Positions 49,557-62,858 of a stretch of 64,000 nucleotides of DNA are shown here, one piece after another. Position 1 is the first letter of the stretch. Each line of letters starts with the position of its first letter. The notes beneath the pieces are model-generated. The model was not told where the DNA came from. It was given only the letters and a program-made list of their open reading frames with translations, and ran no database searches. Position numbers and translations under genes: made by a program. The stretch is from Sedimentisphaerales bacterium (GTDB taxonomy: Bacteria > Planctomycetota > Phycisphaerae > Sedimentisphaerales > Anaerobacaceae): assembly GCA_963708075.1 (NCBI GenBank), contig OY970194.1, positions 2,464,001-2,528,000 on the forward strand. The letters run 5' to 3'.

Positions 49557-51206
49557 ATGGCAGCGAAAGAATTGGCGTTTCAAGCGGATGCCCGAGCCAA
49601 GCTGTTAACCGGGGTGGAGAAGCTGGCGGCGGCGGTCAAAGCGACGCTCGGCCCTCGCGGGCGCAATGCCGTCATCGACAAGAGCTGGGGCGGCCCGACT
49701 GTGACCAAGGACGGCGTTACCGTCGCCGATGAGATCGAACTGAAAGACAAGGCGGAGAACCTCGGGGCAAAGCTCGTAAAGCAGGCAGCCAGCAAGACTT
49801 CCAAGGTCGCCGGCGACGGGACAACCACCGCCACCGTGCTGACCGAGGCCCTGTTCAAGGAGGCCTACAAGAACCTGACGGCGGGCGCCGACGCGATGGC
49901 GCTGAAGCGAGGCATGGACGCGGCCGCCAAGGCAGTCACCGATAAGCTCGCCTCGCTGGCAAAGCCGGTGGACATCACCAAGACCAACGATATCGTCAAC
50001 GTGGCGTCCATCTCCGCCAACAACGACCGCGAGATCGGCAAGATTATGGCCGATGCGTTCCAGCGGGTCGGGAAAGACGGCGTGATCACGGTCGAGGAGG
50101 GCAAAAGCTTCGAGACCACCGTCGAGTTCGTCGAGGGCATGCAATTCGACCGCGGGTATCTCTCGCCGCACTTCGTTACCGACCCGGACAAGATGGTCTG
50201 CGAGTTGGAAAGGCCCTTCATCCTCGTGCACGAGGAGAAAATCAGCAATATCGGCAAGCTGATCCCGCTGCTGGAGAAGACGGCCCAGGCGAAGCGGTCG
50301 CTGCTGATCATCGCCGAGGACGTCGAAAGCGAGGCGCTTGCGACGCTGGTTGTCAACAAGCTCAAGGGGATCCTGAAAGTCGCGGCCGTGAAGGCCCCCG
50401 GCTACGGCGACCGCCGAAAGGCCATGCTCCAGGACATCGCCATCCTGACCGGGGCCGAGCCCATCTTCAAGGACCTCGGAATCGAGCTCGACAAGGTCAC
50501 GATTTCGCAACTCGGCCAAGCCCGCAAAATCACCATCGACAACGACAACACGACAATCGTCGAGGGCGCAGGCAGCCAGGAAGCGATCAACGGCCGCATC
50601 AAGCAGATCAAGGACGAGATCGAAACCATCACGAGCGACTACGATCGTGAGAAGCTCCAGGAACGCCTGGCCAAGCTGACCGGCGGCGTCGCCCAGATCA
50701 ACGTCGGGGCCGCCAGCGAGGCGGAGATGAAAGAGAAGAAGGCACGAATCGAAGACGCTCTGCACGCGACCCGTGCGGCAATCGAGGAAGGCATCGTGCC
50801 GGGCGGCGGCGTGGCTTTGATTCGTTGCATGGATGTCGTCAAGTCGTTGAAGCTGCACGGCGACGAGAAGACCGGGGCCGAGATTCTGGTCAAGGCGCTG
50901 CGAACGCCCTGCTACTGGATTGCACAGAACGCCGGCGCAACGGCCAACCTCGTGGTCAATAAAGTGGCCGAGGGCACGGGCGGCTTCGGCTACAACGCGA
51001 ACACGGACACCTACGAGGACCTCGTGGCGGCCGGCGTGATCGATCCGGCGAAAGTGACTCGCATCGCCCTGCAGAACGCTGTGAGCATTGCGGGGCTGCT
51101 GCTGACCACCGACTGCCTGGTCACCGAGAAGCCCAAGCCGAAGGAACAGATGCCCGGCGGCCCGCACGGTCACGGCATGGGCGGCGAAGACATGGACATG
51201 ATGTGA
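49557..51206 (+). CDS. groEL: Chaperonin GroEL (copy 1)
   Basis: [43 protein letters not shown], Gly/Met tail. Confidence 0.98.
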   Translation: MAAKELAFQADARAKLLTGVEKLAAAVKATLGPRGRNAVIDKSWGGPTVTKDGVTVADEIELKDKAENLGAKLVKQAASKTSKVAGDGTTTATVLTEALFKEAYKNLTAGADAMALKRGMDAAAKAVTDKLASLAKPVDITKTNDIVNVASISANNDREIGKIMADAFQRVGKDGVITVEEGKSFETTVEFVEGMQFDRGYLSPHFVTDPDKMVCELERPFILVHEEKISNIGKLIPLLEKTAQAKRSLLIIAEDVESEALATLVVNKLKGILKVAAVKAPGYGDRRKAMLQDIAILTGAEPIFKDLGIELDKVTISQLGQARKITIDNDNTTIVEGAGSQEAINGRIKQIKDEIETITSDYDREKLQERLAKLTGGVAQINVGAASEAEMKEKKARIEDALHATRAAIEEGIVPGGGVALIRCMDVVKSLKLHGDEKTGAEILVKALRTPCYWIAQNAGATANLVVNKVAEGTGGFGYNANTDTYEDLVAAGVIDPAKVTRIALQNAVSIAGLLLTTDCLVTEKPKPKEQMPGGPHGHGMGGEDMDMM

Positions 51207-52555
51207 TGCGTATGCCCAAGCAGCATATCCATAGCCGGATGTCTCCATGGCTCGTGTGGGCGTTGCTGCTCTCGGTCGCAGTGGCGATACATGCGCAGGA
51301 CGCCCCAAGCCCGGAGAAGCGGACCGAATGGTTCCGGCAGGACAAGTTCGGCCTGTTCATCCATTGGGGCATCTACTCGGTGCCCGCCGGCGAGTGGAAA
51401 GACGGCAAGAACCACGCTGAATGGATCATGCTCACGGGCAAGATTCCATCTGTGGAGTATGAGAAGTTCGCCACGCAGTTCAACCCGGTGAAGTTCAACG
51501 CTCAGGAGTGGGTCCAGCTCGCCAAAGACGCCGGCATGAAGTACGTCGTCATCACGAGCAAGCATCACGACGGCTTCTGCATGTATGACAGCAAGCTGAC
51601 GGATTACGACATCATGCAGGCGACACCGTTCGGGCGCGATCCGATGAAGGAGCTGGCCTCCGCGTGCAACCTGGCGGGGCTGAAGTTCTGCTTCTACCAC
51701 TCCGTTGTGGATTGGCATCACCCGGAATTTCCTGCGAAGTACTCCCAGCGCGGCTGGCACGGCGATCCAAACCCGAACGCCGATCTGGAGAAATACGTCG
51801 CCTATATGAAGGGACAGGTCCGCGAGCTGCTGAGCAACTACGGGCCTATCGGGATCATGTGGTTCGACGGCGGCGGCTCGTTCCGCGGCCAGCCGATGGC
51901 CGAGCTGGTCCATGCCCAGGAGATCATCGAGATGATCCGGGAGCTGCAGCCGATGTGCATCGTCAACGACCGCCTCGGGTTGCCCGCGGATTACGGCACG
52001 CCGGAGCAGCACATCCCGGGCCAGGCGCCGAAGAACCTCTTTGAAGTGTGCATGACCCTGAATGGCCACTGGGGCTACAACAAGTACGATAACGACTGGA
52101 AATCGCCTGAAACGATCATCCGCAACCTCGCCGACATCGTCGGCAAGGGCGGCAACTACCTGCTCAACGTCGGTCCGACCGCCGAAGGGACAATTCCTGA
52201 AGGCTCGGTCCGCACCCTCCGAGAGGTCGGCAAGTGGATGAGCGTCAATGGCGAGAGTATCTATGGGACGACCGCCAGTCCATTTGCGGAAACGCCCTGG
52301 GGCCGCTGCACGGCCAAGCCGGGCAAGCTGTACCTGCACGTGTTCAACTGGCCGACTGACGGCCGGCTGCTCGTGCCCGCCCTGCAAAACAAGGTGACCA
52401 AAGCGTATCTGCCGGCCGCTAAAGACCAGCCCTACCAGGTCACGCAGGGTGACGAGCAGGTCACGGTGGCCGTGCCCCAGAAAATGCCGGACCTGATCGA
52501 TACGGTGGTCGTGCTGGAAATCGAAGGCGAGCCCGATGTGACGCCGGCGCAATAG
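51206..52555 (+). CDS. Alpha-L-fucosidase, GH29 (secreted)
   Basis: KFGLFIHWGIYS, TSKHHDGF, MWFDG, NYLLNVGP; ATG overlaps the groEL stop (TGATG). Confidence 0.95.
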   Translation: MRMPKQHIHSRMSPWLVWALLLSVAVAIHAQDAPSPEKRTEWFRQDKFGLFIHWGIYSVPAGEWKDGKNHAEWIMLTGKIPSVEYEKFATQFNPVKFNAQEWVQLAKDAGMKYVVITSKHHDGFCMYDSKLTDYDIMQATPFGRDPMKELASACNLAGLKFCFYHSVVDWHHPEFPAKYSQRGWHGDPNPNADLEKYVAYMKGQVRELLSNYGPIGIMWFDGGGSFRGQPMAELVHAQEIIEMIRELQPMCIVNDRLGLPADYGTPEQHIPGQAPKNLFEVCMTLNGHWGYNKYDNDWKSPETIIRNLADIVGKGGNYLLNVGPTAEGTIPEGSVRTLREVGKWMSVNGESIYGTTASPFAETPWGRCTAKPGKLYLHVFNWPTDGRLLVPALQNKVTKAYLPAAKDQPYQVTQGDEQVTVAVPQKMPDLIDTVVVLEIEGEPDVTPAQ

Positions 52556-52585
52556 GAGAGATCGAAACACCCTGTGGAGTGGATT

Positions 52586-53980
52586 ATGAGAGAAAAGCAC
52601 GGAAGACACTGGATTGTGATTGTAGTGACGGCGCTGGCTGCGCTGTTGGCGCTGCTGGCCCTGAGCTGCAGCCGGAGCGCGCAAGCCAAACCGGCACAGA
52701 AGAAGGAGCTGACGAAGGACGAGCGGATGGCCTGGTGGCGTGACGCCCGGTTCGGGATGTTCATCCACTGGGGCCTGTACGCCGTGCCCGCCGGAACCTA
52801 CAACGGCAAACGCGTGGACGGCATCGGCGAGTGGATCATGAACAACGGCAAGATCCCCGTCAAGGAATATGAGAAGTACGCCGAGCAGTTCAACCCCATC
52901 GGGTTCAACGCGGACCAGTGGGTGCGCATGGCCAAGAACGCGGGCATGAAGTACATCGTGATCACGAGTAAGCATCACGACGGCTTCTGCCTGTGGGATT
53001 CGAAGGTCACGGATTACGACATCATGGACGCCACGCCGTTCAAGCGTGACATTCTCAAAGAGCTGTCCGCGGCCTGCAAGAAACACGGCGTAAAGCTCTG
53101 CTTCTATCACTCGATCATGGACTGGCACCATCCGGACGCCCAGGCTCCCTTCTATCCGAACTACAACGACACGAAACAGTCCAATCCGAACTTCGACCGC
53201 TATGTGGACACGTATCTCAAGCCGCAGATTGCCGAACTGCTGACCAATTACGGCCCGCTGGGCGTGATGTGGTTCGACGGCGAATGGATCAAGGACTGGA
53301 CCGAACCGAAGGGCAAGGACATGTACGCCTACATCCATGGCATACGGCCTTCGATCATCATCAACAATCGCGTGGGCAAAGGCCGCAAGGGCATGGAAGG
53401 TCTGAGCAAGAGCGATGAGTACGCCGGCGACTTCGGCACGCCGGAACAGCAGATCCCCCCGACCGGGCTTCCCGGCGTGGATTGGGAAACCTGCATGACC
53501 ATCAATGACACCTGGGGCTACAAATCATACGACGAGAACTGGAAATCGACCGAGGAGCTGATCCGCAACCTCGCCGATATCGCCAGCAAGGGCGGCAACT
53601 TCCTGCTCAACGTCGGCCCAACGCCCGAAGGCCTGTTCCCAAGGCCCATCGAGCGGCGGCTGGAAGAAATCGGCAACTGGATGGCCGTCAATAAGGAGAG
53701 CATCTACGGCACCACCGCCAGCCCGATCGGCAAGCCCGCGTGGGGCCGGTGCACCGCCAAGGGCAACAAGCTCTACCTGCACGTCTTCAACTGGCCCGCG
53801 GACGGCAAGCTCGAAGTGCCGCAGGCCGGCGCCCAGGTCACCAAGGCCTACCTGCTGGCCAACAAGAAACGTACCGGCCTGCCTGTGAGCAGCGGCCAGG
53901 ACAAGCTGATCATCTCCGTGCCGAACACGGCACCGGATTCCATCGATAGCGTGATTGTGCTCGTAATGAACAACAGATAG
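52586..53980 (+). CDS. Alpha-L-fucosidase, GH29 (lipoprotein-like signal)
   Basis: RFGMFIHWGLY, TSKHHDGF, MWFDGEW, NFLLNVGP; LALSC lipobox. Confidence 0.95.
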   Translation: MREKHGRHWIVIVVTALAALLALLALSCSRSAQAKPAQKKELTKDERMAWWRDARFGMFIHWGLYAVPAGTYNGKRVDGIGEWIMNNGKIPVKEYEKYAEQFNPIGFNADQWVRMAKNAGMKYIVITSKHHDGFCLWDSKVTDYDIMDATPFKRDILKELSAACKKHGVKLCFYHSIMDWHHPDAQAPFYPNYNDTKQSNPNFDRYVDTYLKPQIAELLTNYGPLGVMWFDGEWIKDWTEPKGKDMYAYIHGIRPSIIINNRVGKGRKGMEGLSKSDEYAGDFGTPEQQIPPTGLPGVDWETCMTINDTWGYKSYDENWKSTEELIRNLADIASKGGNFLLNVGPTPEGLFPRPIERRLEEIGNWMAVNKESIYGTTASPIGKPAWGRCTAKGNKLYLHVFNWPADGKLEVPQAGAQVTKAYLLANKKRTGLPVSSGQDKLIISVPNTAPDSIDSVIVLVMNNR

Positions 53981-54020
53981 GAGTTGTGTTCAACATTTGC
54001 TGGAGAAGGAGTACGAAAAC

Positions 54021-56019
<1,999 letters not shown>

Positions 56020-56047
56020 TGTAAGGCCTCGGCACGTGGCTCATTGC

Positions 56048-56097
56048 GTGGCACGGGTTTCCAGCCCGTGAAGACACGGCCAAGATGACCGTGCTGC
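56048..56097. repeat. REP-like inverted pair of a second family between groEL2 and dnaJ
   Basis: GTGGCACGGGTTTCCAGCCCGTG-AAGA-CACGGCCAAGATGACCGTGC; GTGG followed by a hairpin. Confidence 0.55.
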
Positions 56098-56130
56098 ATG
56101 TGATGAGCCACGTCGCCGAGATGAGCTTTT

Positions 56131-57268
56131 ATGGCCAAACGCGATTACTACGAGGTCCTGGGCGTGGAGAAAAGCGCCTCGGCCGACGAGATCAAGCGCG
56201 CCTATCGCCGTATGGCGATCAAATACCATCCGGACAAGAATCCCGGCAACAAAGAGGCCGAGGCGAAAGTTCAAGGAGTGCGCCGAGGCGTACGAAGTAC
56301 TGAGCGACCCGGATAAGCGCAAGCAGTACGATCAGTACGGCCATGAAGGGCTTCGCGGCACCGGCATGCACGACTTCTCGCGGATGAACGTCGAGGACAT
56401 CTTCAGCATGTTCGGCTTCGACGATTTCTTCGGAAGCGTCTTTGGCGGCGGAGGCGGTCGTCGCGGCGGCCGCCGGGGCGGACCCGCGCGGGGGTACGAC
56501 CTGGAAACGGGCGTCGAGCTGACGCTCAGCGAAGTAGCACACGGCACAGAAAAGACGATCGAATTCACCCGGCAGGACCGCTGTCCGGAATGTACTGGCA
56601 GCGGCGCAGCGCCGGGCAGCCAGCCGTCTCGCTGTCCACTCTGTGGCGGCAGCGGCCAGGTCGCCAAGGGCGGCGGGTTCTTTCAGATGGTTTCCACGTG
56701 CCCGCAGTGCCAGGGTACGGGGCGAGTGATTACGAACCCCTGCCCCAAGTGCAAGGGCAGCGGACGCGTGCCCAAGAAGCGCACGGTCACGATTCGCATC
56801 CCGCCCGGCGTGCACGAGGGCCAGGGCATTCGCGTCGCCGGCGAGGGCGAGCCGGGCCAGGACGGCGGACCGAACGGCGACCTGTATTGCTACGTAAGGA
56901 TCAAGCCGCACGAGTTTCTCGAACGCGACGGCAATGATTTGATCGCCGTCGTCCCGATCAGTTGCACGCAGGCGGCGCTCGGAGCGACGATTGAAGTGCC
57001 GAGCCTTGACGGGACGAAGCAGCTCAGAGTCCCGCCGGGGACGCAGTACGGCAGCATTTTCCGAATCCGCGGACAGGGACTGCCGGATGTCCGCAACGGG
57101 CGGGTCGGCGATCAGTTGGTTCAGGTCACCGTCGAGATCCCGACCAACCTCAATGAACACCAGGAGGAGTTGCTCCGGGAGTTTGCCAAGACCGAGAACA
57201 AGAACGTCTCTCCGAAATCAACGAGTTTCTTCGAAAAACTGAAACGACATTTCGGTAATCAGTCATGA
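56131..57268 (+). CDS. dnaJ: Chaperone DnaJ; apparent +1 frameshift at 56266-56268
   Basis: J domain [11 protein letters not shown] region; four CxxCxGxG motifs; removing one A gives [14 protein letters not shown]. Confidence 0.95.
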
Positions 57269-57873
57269 CTGACGACGAGACAAAAATCGAAGGTCCCCAG
57301 CAGGAACAGGACGAAGCCAAGGCTCCCGATGAGGAGTTGAACAAGCTGCGGCAGGAACTGGAGAGTATCCAGAGGGAACGGGATGAGCTGTTCGGCCGAT
57401 TGCAGCGGGTCAGCGCCGACTACGCGAATTTCCAGAAGCGGGTCCCGAAGCAGGTCAACGACTCCGTGGCCTATGAGAAGGAGAAGATCATCCGGTCGCT
57501 TCTGCCCATTCTGGACAACATGGAACATTTACTCAAGGCGCATTCGGCGGAAAGCACGAACGCCATGGTCCAGGGCGTGGAGATCATCTACGGCCACATG
57601 TTGGACATTCTCAAATCGCACGGCGTTGAGCAGATGCACGCACTGGGCGAGCCGTTTGACCCGATGCGTCATGAAGCCGTGATGGTCAGGGAAGAGCCCG
57701 GCAAGCCGGCCAATGTCGTCCTCGAGGAAATCCAGAAGGGCTACAGGACCAGCGACCGCATCGTGCGACCGACCCGCGTCGTGGTAAGCAAGGCGCCGGC
57801 CACGAAACCGTCCCAGCCGCAAAACCAGGAGCCGAAAGCGGAAACCTCCACGGAAGGGCAAGACGTGGAATAG
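57265..57873 (+). CDS. grpE: Nucleotide exchange factor GrpE
   Basis: [32 protein letters not shown]...RPTRVVV. Confidence 0.95.
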   Translation: MTDDETKIEGPQQEQDEAKAPDEELNKLRQELESIQRERDELFGRLQRVSADYANFQKRVPKQVNDSVAYEKEKIIRSLLPILDNMEHLLKAHSAESTNAMVQGVEIIYGHMLDILKSHGVEQMHALGEPFDPMRHEAVMVREEPGKPANVVLEEIQKGYRTSDRIVRPTRVVVSKAPATKPSQPQNQEPKAETSTEGQDVE

Positions 57874-57958
57874 CGTGCAGAGTGGGCTTGTGACCTGGCC
57901 ATTTCGGCCGGTCTGAGCCGCTCCAGCCAACGCGACAGAAGCACGGAGTACAGACGAT

Positions 57959-58282
57959 ATGCCTACCTACGCTTATGCTTGTGAGCATTGTGGTCACAAG
58001 TTCGATGCGTTTCAGAGCATCACAGCCAAGCCGATGCGGAAATGTCCCGCGTGCGGCCGGAGTTCGCTCAAGCGGCTGATCGGCGCCGGAGGGGCAATCA
58101 TCTTCAAAGGCTCCGGCTTCTATTGCACCGATTACCGCAGCGAAAGCTACAAGACGGCCACCAAGAACGAAACGGGCGGCGGCACGGCCAAGACTGCCGA
58201 GAAGAAGGAAGCCAAAACGGAGACTACCTCGGCGCCCGCCACGAAATCTGAAACGCCGGCAGAAAAGAAGAAATCCGCGTAG
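57959..58282 (+). CDS. FmdB-family zinc ribbon protein
   Basis: MPTYAYACEHCG...CPACG...IIFKGSGFY.TDY. Confidence 0.92.
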   Translation: MPTYAYACEHCGHKFDAFQSITAKPMRKCPACGRSSLKRLIGAGGAIIFKGSGFYCTDYRSESYKTATKNETGGGTAKTAEKKEAKTETTSAPATKSETPAEKKKSA

Positions 58283-58309
58283 CAGGCTCGCCCTTCCGTA
58301 CCCGGGTTA

Positions 58310-59671
58310 TCAAGGCAGCATCTTCTGCGAACGTTGTCCTGATGGAGCGATCCAGTCGTATGTGGGCACGGTGCGGTGGTCCTTGAACTGGATGCCCGCG
58401 CTGTGCATCGGAGATTGTCCATCGCGGCCGGTCGGCCGAGTCGCTATCCCGGCAATGCCAAGGCTCTCCACGGAAACGACTTCGCCATCATCGGACTGCC
58501 CGTCCGAGTCGCGGTCGAACCACACGCGGAGGCCTTTCAACTCTCCGGCCGTCAGTGAACCATCGCGGTTATCATCCAGCATGTCCATCGCCCGGTAGCC
58601 GTTCGAGAAGAACAGCCACCATGTCACCGAGCCGAACAGTTCCCGGCCCGACGTAATCCGCCCATCCCTGTCGGCGTCCCAGGCAAGCAGACCGGTCGTC
58701 GGCTTGATCCAGGGCCGCTCCTCGATAACGCCATCACCGTCCAGATCGAACCTCGTCATCCTTTCCGGCATCAACAGATCGGCTAGTGACGCATGCGCTG
58801 CCGTGCTGAAGACGATCGGGGTGATCGGGCCCATCGGCAGATTGTCAAGAACAGCCAAGTTGGCCTTAATGGTGGCGATTTTCTCCTGCACCAACTGCGG
58901 AATGGAGCTCTCGGTCTCCCACAAACGGATGTAAGCATTACCCGCTTCGTAACTTACCAGGCCTCGCAGGCCCTCGACAGGACGGTACTCGCGGCCCAGG
59001 TCCTCCTTGATCGCCAACTCATACGCCAGGAGATAGGTCGCCTTCACCCCGTCCAGGAGGATGGTCCTCATCGCGGGTGGCACAGGGGCCGGCATCGTCT
59101 CCCGCAGGAACTCCAGATACTGCTCCCCCAGGCTTGCCTGCCCCAGGTAGTATAGAGCGTTGTTGGGATCGAGCGACATTGCCTTGTAGAAATTCCACTG
59201 AGCGGCGGCAGCATGGCCGATCAATTCCTCATTCGTCGGCCGCGGCGGCTGCCAATTCTCCCCCTGCAGCTTGGCCTCCACCGCCCAGACCCGATCCCAG
59301 AACTCCTGCTCCCGCTCCGCAGGCACGTCCGAGACGTCGCGGTATCCAAGCTCCTCCAACGCGATCCGCTTGGCCTCCTCCGTCCGCGCGAAATTCAGAT
59401 AATCTTCGTGCCACCAGTAGGGTACCGTGGAAGGCGGCGTGCGATTGGCGAACGTCGCCACGAGGAAGCTCTTGTTGACGAACGTCAGATAGTGAATCCG
59501 GGCAAGGGTGTAATACCCAGTGGCATCCTCGGGATGCTCCTGGACATAGGCCGTTGCGTTGTTGATCAGCCGCTCCGCCGGTACGTAGCCTGGCCTGGCA
59601 AACATGCCGATCGCCACGCTCGCCCAGACAACCGCCAGAACCGTCGCAAGACCATATCGAGTCACCCTCAT
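58310..59671 (-). CDS. Secreted protein with helical N-terminus and C-terminal Ca-binding FrpC self-processing-module-like domain
   Basis: Signal peptide; FDLDGDG, GLLAWDADRDGRITSGRELFG, LDDNRDG, VWFDRDSDG.S..GE motifs. Confidence 0.7.
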   Translation of the reverse strand: MRVTRYGLATVLAVVWASVAIGMFARPGYVPAERLINNATAYVQEHPEDATGYYTLARIHYLTFVNKSFLVATFANRTPPSTVPYWWHEDYLNFARTEEAKRIALEELGYRDVSDVPAEREQEFWDRVWAVEAKLQGENWQPPRPTNEELIGHAAAAQWNFYKAMSLDPNNALYYLGQASLGEQYLEFLRETMPAPVPPAMRTILLDGVKATYLLAYELAIKEDLGREYRPVEGLRGLVSYEAGNAYIRLWETESSIPQLVQEKIATIKANLAVLDNLPMGPITPIVFSTAAHASLADLLMPERMTRFDLDGDGVIEERPWIKPTTGLLAWDADRDGRITSGRELFGSVTWWLFFSNGYRAMDMLDDNRDGSLTAGELKGLRVWFDRDSDGQSDDGEVVSVESLGIAGIATRPTGRDGQSPMHSAGIQFKDHRTVPTYDWIAPSGQRSQKMLP

Positions 59672-59789
59672 AGTCCTTCACACTCCTGATTCATCACCCG
59701 TTTGCGTCACCGATATGCAGAGACATGCCACCCCGCCAGGAGTCATCTCTACAATGATGACTGCATCATAACATCTCGCATAGAGCAAA

Positions 59790-60269
59790 TCAAGGGGCCT
59801 CGTACCGCTGGTCGGGGTGACGTACGGTCAGCACGGCGCAGGGGGCTTTGCGCACCACTTTTTCGGCCACGCTGCCCAGCAGCATGGAGCCAAGAGCGGA
59901 GCGGCCGTGCGTGCCCAGCACGATCAGGTCGATGCCCTGCTCGCGCGCATAGCGGATGATCTCCGCGGAGGTTTTGCCCATGACAACAACCTTCTTGACT
60001 GAGTCGCGACGATCCGGCATGTGCTGTGTGACGAACTGCTCCATTTGCGCTTCGGCGGCCTCCTTGAGCTTGCCGTAATCCGGCTGGTACTCCGTCGTCA
60101 GCGGCAGCATGTAGCTGTCCTCCAGAATGAACCCTTCCGGCATGTCCACGACGTGCAGACAATGCAGCTCGGCGCCATAGCGCTGGGCGAGATCCACTGC
60201 CAGCGGAAGCGCTGCCAGGGATCGCTCCGAGAAATCCGTCGGATACAAGATCTTGTTTATCGCCGCCAT
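59790..60269 (-). CDS. Universal stress protein (UspA family)
   Basis: ILYPTDFS...DLIVLGTHGRS...LLGSVAEKVVRKAPCAVLTV. Confidence 0.95.
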   Translation of the reverse strand: MAAINKILYPTDFSERSLAALPLAVDLAQRYGAELHCLHVVDMPEGFILEDSYMLPLTTEYQPDYGKLKEAAEAQMEQFVTQHMPDRRDSVKKVVVMGKTSAEIIRYAREQGIDLIVLGTHGRSALGSMLLGSVAEKVVRKAPCAVLTVRHPDQRYEAP

Positions 60270-60532
60270 AAATCATTCTCCCACTACACACAGGCACAGG
60301 ACCACGCGTCGAAACATCGGACGATCTGTCCAAAGACGGACGCATACCCCTGAGAAGATAACATCCGCGTGGCAAGATTGCCATCTTTTGGTGTCTGCAT
60401 CTCCAACAGAGCCGACGGACACGGTTTTGCCGCTCTTGATGGAGAAAATTGCCGCAAGGCCGGGATGACATCAGGGCAGCCACGATGTAGAATAGCGACC
60501 AGACTCTTACGAACGCGAAGATGGATAGACCA

Positions 60533-61249
60533 ATGACACCACACTCAGAGCGGCAGTTTCAGGGATTCTCTCGCAAGACATTCACGTTCCTGCGGGATCT
60601 GGGGCGTAACAACGACAAGACGTGGTTCGAGGCCCATCGAGCTGCCTATGAGCAGCATGTACTGCAGCCGCTGCGGGACCTTGTGAGTGATCTGGCGGAT
60701 TTCATGCTGGGCATCGATCTATCGTTCGAGGTCGAACCAGCGGTAGGCAAGGCGATATCGCGGATATACCGCGATACGCGTTTCTCCAAGGACAAATCGC
60801 CCTTCCGCGACCATATGTGGATCGCATTCAAGCGCCCCGGCCCAGACTGGGCCCATTACACCCCGACCTATTACCTGGAGATTACGCCAACATCGTATAG
60901 CTATGGCTTGGGTTTCTACGAGGCTGCCCCCGACCTGATGACCCGGTTCCGACGCCGGATCGATGAAGATCCCGAATCGTTCCTCAAGGCCGTCGGATGG
61001 TTTGAAAAACAGGATGTGTTCACCCTCAACGGCCAGAAGTACAAGCGCCCCATCGGCCAGGACAAGCCCGACCCGATCCGCACCTGGTACCAGTACAAGA
61101 GCTTCTATCTCTCCTGCGACCGTCCCATCGACGACATCATCCTGTCCCCCAGAGTCACCAGGCAGATCATGAAGCACTTCACTCTGGCCGCCCCCCTGTA
61201 CCACTACATCCGCCGAATCGCCTCTCAAGTACTTAATGAACGATCCTGA
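60533..61249 (+). CDS. DUF2461 family protein
   Basis: FLRDLGRNNDKTWFEAHR..YE; RIYRDTRFSKDKSPF. Confidence 0.88.
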   Translation: MTPHSERQFQGFSRKTFTFLRDLGRNNDKTWFEAHRAAYEQHVLQPLRDLVSDLADFMLGIDLSFEVEPAVGKAISRIYRDTRFSKDKSPFRDHMWIAFKRPGPDWAHYTPTYYLEITPTSYSYGLGFYEAAPDLMTRFRRRIDEDPESFLKAVGWFEKQDVFTLNGQKYKRPIGQDKPDPIRTWYQYKSFYLSCDRPIDDIILSPRVTRQIMKHFTLAAPLYHYIRRIASQVLNERS

Positions 61250-61275
61250 CAGAAAGGCACGGCGGACACGGGCAG

Positions 61276-61815
61276 CTACTTGACCAGCTTGGCGATTTCT
61301 CTGAATTGGGGGTGTTTGGCGGTTTTGAGCAGCTCGAACAGGGCCATTTCGGTGCTGCTGACGTGGGCGCCTTCGGCCGCGAGGCGTGCCAGGGCCGTCT
61401 GGCGGTTCCGCTCGGTTCTGGATGAGACGGCGTCGGCGATGATCGTCACCTCCAGGCCCCCTTCCATCAGGTCCATCGCCGTCTGGTAGATGCAGACGTG
61501 GGTTTCGATGCCGCAGAGCAGGACTTGCTCCCTGGCCAGCGAGTTGAGCTCCGCGTTGAACTTCTCCTCGCCGCAGCAACTGAAGCTCGCCTTGTTGACC
61601 GGCTCGGTCCCCGTCAAAAGCCCGGCGATCTCCGGGAGGGTCGGTCCAAGGGCCTCGGGCACCTGCTGGCACCACAGAGTGGGGATTTCGAGGATCTTCG
61701 CTGCTTGGATGAGGATTTGGATGTTCTTGAAGAGGGCGTCCTTGTCGGTCATGAGCTGGGCGAGCTTGCCCTGCACGTCAACGACGACCAGGCAGCAGTT
61801 GTGGATTTCGAGCAT
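61276..61815 (-). CDS. Isochorismatase-family hydrolase
   Basis: VVDVQGKL, KASFSC, GIETHVCIYQT, DAVSSR. Confidence 0.92.
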   Translation of the reverse strand: MLEIHNCCLVVVDVQGKLAQLMTDKDALFKNIQILIQAAKILEIPTLWCQQVPEALGPTLPEIAGLLTGTEPVNKASFSCCGEEKFNAELNSLAREQVLLCGIETHVCIYQTAMDLMEGGLEVTIIADAVSSRTERNRQTALARLAAEGAHVSSTEMALFELLKTAKHPQFREIAKLVK

Positions 61816-61868
61816 TCCCTTACTCCCCTGCGAAGAAAGTCAAAAAGCGCATCCGTGCGCAACCCCGA

Positions 61869-62858
61869 TCATCGTGTGTGAAGGAGGACTATCGTCAGAC
61901 TTATGTTAGGCTCGCCTTGCGGCGGAGTGAGGGTCGTTTCTGCCTGTGTCTTGGTGATCCAGACTTTGTCATCGATGGTCACCAGGTCCCGCACGCCGGT
62001 GGCATCATCACCCACCATTGCCAGGACGTCGCGGCCGGGCGTGCTCTGAGTCATGGCGTTGATGACAGCACAATTCCGTGCAGTCTTCATGGATGACGCG
62101 GTGTCTTGGCACGCGACGATGCTCGCCGCCTGCTCCGGCGTGACGGCATCGACGGTGACCGAAGCCGCAAACTGCCCCGGCTCCTCGATCTGGAGCATCA
62201 CGCCGTCGAAGCTCTGCCAGATGCTCTGCAGGCTTGTGATCAGGCGATTCACCCCCTGCCGGCTGCTGACGAGCTTGTAGGTTCTGGCACCAGCCGCGTC
62301 GTCCGACGCCACCAGGGCCGACAGGCCGTTCTGCTCGACCGCTCGCTTGAGAACCGCGTCCGCCTGTGGGACAGTAGCCGTCCGAATCTCCAGCCGTCCG
62401 GATAAGCCGGAATCGGCAATCATGGCCGGGGCCGTGCCGGGCTGGACCAGTCTGCCGAGATCGGCCACCGGAGGCTGAACGCCTGCGTCGGGGACGGGAG
62501 CTACAATCTGGTACACCACGAAGCCGAGGACCCCGAGCAACGCGATCATGGCGGCGGCCGCCAGGAATCGGCGGGCCATCAGGTGAATCACCCCGGCTGT
62601 ACTAACACCCGAGGTCGTCTGCTCCGCCAGCAGCGTTTTTCTCTCTACAGCCAACTTGATCTGCTCGAGCAGCTCGCCAGGGGCTTCCGCCCGCGGCAGA
62701 GCGCTGACCAGTGTTCTGCAATTCTGAAGCTGTCTCAGACGCCGGCCGACCTCCGGGTCCCGAGCCACCAAACGCTGCACCTCGGTTTGCTGCCGGGCAG
62801 GGAGCTCTCCATCAACGAAGCTGCAAAGCAGTTCATCAATGTTTGGATTCGCCTTCAT
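61869..62858 (-). CDS. Membrane-bound anti-sigma factor
   Basis: ELLCSFVDGEL...EVQRLV N-terminus, single TM, overlaps the ECF gene end. Confidence 0.8.
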   Translation of the reverse strand: MKANPNIDELLCSFVDGELPARQQTEVQRLVARDPEVGRRLRQLQNCRTLVSALPRAEAPGELLEQIKLAVERKTLLAEQTTSGVSTAGVIHLMARRFLAAAAMIALLGVLGFVVYQIVAPVPDAGVQPPVADLGRLVQPGTAPAMIADSGLSGRLEIRTATVPQADAVLKRAVEQNGLSALVASDDAAGARTYKLVSSRQGVNRLITSLQSIWQSFDGVMLQIEEPGQFAASVTVDAVTPEQAASIVACQDTASSMKTARNCAVINAMTQSTPGRDVLAMVGDDATGVRDLVTIDDKVWITKTQAETTLTPPQGEPNISLTIVLLHTR

